Below are positions 62,425 through 64,000 of a stretch of 64,000 nt of DNA, piece after piece. Below the pieces are notes generated by a model, which saw only the letters and a program-made list of their open reading frames with translations, had not been told where the DNA came from and did not search any database. Numbering within the stretch: the first letter of the stretch is position 1; every line of letters begins with the position of its first letter. The position numbers and the translations under genes were made by a program. Source of the stretch: Hemiscyllium ocellatum (taxonomy: Eukaryota); assembly GCF_020745735.1 (NCBI RefSeq), contig NC_083402.1, positions 7,378,001 to 7,442,000 of the forward strand, in the 5' to 3' direction.

Positions 62425-64000
62425 AGTTATAGAGTCATACAGCACAGGAGCAGACCCTTCAGTTCAACTAGTCCATATTGACCATAATCCCAAACTAAAG
62501 TAGACCCACCTACCTGCGCTTTGTACATATCCCTCCAAACATTTCTTTTTCATCCACCATTTCCTCTGGAAGTTCATTCCACATGAACCACTCTCTGTGC
62601 AAAATAAAAACTGCCCCTTAGAGGCATAGAGTCATAGAGATGTACAGCTTGGAAACAGACCCGCTGGTCCAACTCGTCCATGCCGACCAGATATCCCAAC
62701 CCAATCTCGTTCCACCTGCCAGCACCCAGGCCATATCCCTTCAAATCCTTCCTATTCATATACCCATACAAATGCCACTTAAATGTTGCAATTGTACCAG
62801 CCTCCACCACTTCCTCTGGCAGCTCATTCCATACACGTACCACCTTCTGCGTGAAAACGTTGCCCCTTAGGTCTGTTTGCTATCTTTCCCCTCTCACCCT
62901 AAACCTCTGCCCTCTCGTTCTGGACTTCCCAACCCCAGGGAAAAGATTTTGCCTATTTATCCTATCCATGCCCCTCCCGTAATTTTGTAAACCTCTATCA
63001 GGTCACCCCTCAGCCTCCTTCCTTATGTCTTTTTAAAATCTTTCTCCTCTCACCTTAAAGATATGCCCCAGTCTTGAAATCTCCCACCTGAGCAAAAAGA
63101 CACCTGCCATTCACCTTATCTATATTCCTCATGCTTTCATCGATCTTGATAAGGTCACCTCTCAACCTAGTACACTCCAGTGAGAAATGTCCCAGTCGCT
63201 CCAGTCTCTTCCGGTAACTCAAGGCCTACTTTCTCGGCAACTTCCTGGTAAATCTCTTCTGAACCCTCTCCAGCTAAATGATATCCTTGTAATAACAGGG
63301 TGACCAGAACTGGACACAACAGAGGCCTCACCAGCATCCTGTCTAACCTGAACATAATATACCAACTCCGATAATCAAAGGTCTGAGCAATGAAGGCAAG
63401 TGTGCTGAACCACCGTATATATAGATGATGCAAACTTGGAAGAATTCTGTACCTGAATCCCTAGGTCTCTGTTCTACAGCACGACCCAAGGCCCTACTTT
63501 TAATTGTGTAAGTCTTCCCTTTGTTTGTTTTTCCAAAATGCAATACCTCACACTTATCTTCAACTCTATCTGTCACTCTTCAGCCCATTGAGCCATTTGA
63601 TAAAGATCTTTTTGTATTCTAAGATAACCTTCTTCACTGTTCAATATTCCATCAATTTTGGGATCAACCACAAACTTGCAAAACATGCTTTTTGTAATCT
63701 CATCGAAATTGTTCATATAAATCAGTGACAAAAGTGGGCCCAGCCCTGATCCCCGTGGAACCCTGCTGGTCACAGGCCTCCAGAACAAAACCCTCCCTCC
63801 ACCGTCACTCTCTGTCTTCTGCCTTTCAGCCAATTGTGCATCCACTTGCCAAGCTCACCCGGAATCCCATGGGATCTAACTTCACTAATTAGTCTACCAT
63901 GCGGAACCTTGTCAAAGGATTAACCAAAGTCTAAGTAAACAATGTTAACCCCTCTGCCCTCATCAATTTTCTTGTTTACTTCTTCAAAAAACTCAATCGA
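62425..64000 (-). mobile_element. Stacked CR1 3' ends and an RT fragment
   Basis: RVPRGSGLGPLL, KFVVDPK, gactctatg tails. Confidence 0.88.

Overview
Vertebrate DNA, most likely from a shark or other elasmobranch (HE1/V-SINE and Deu-domain SINEs, shark-type CR1 LINEs). By eye well over three quarters is transposon-derived: many CR1 copies (two near full length), Penelope-like elements (PLEs) with minimal hammerhead ribozymes, a Gmr1-type Gypsy element and two endogenous retrovirus (ERV) remnants. Hidden among these is an immune-receptor locus. On the + strand, a leader exon (42423-42483), a Siglec-15-like V-set exon with the sialic-acid-binding Arg (50466-50852) and a second V-set exon lacking that Arg (60479-60826) splice in phase 1; the gene runs off the right edge. 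On the - strand, three phase-compatible exons (18085 to 17573) encode a cytoplasmic tail with two ITIM-like motifs, and a pseudogenised paralog of the leader and promoter lies at about 9375-11010. These belong to an old inverted duplication (about 9.4-18 kb minus versus 26.5-42.7 kb plus), pointing to a birth-and-death cluster of Siglec-15-like receptors that probably includes inhibitory members. A second theme is that PLE-derived insertions at several scales (about 200 bp, 240 bp, 2.6 kb, 2.8 kb) are head-to-head hairpins with 3' ends pointing outward, three with clear target-site duplications (TSDs). All alignments were done by eye and repeat boundaries are approximate. There are two assembly gaps.
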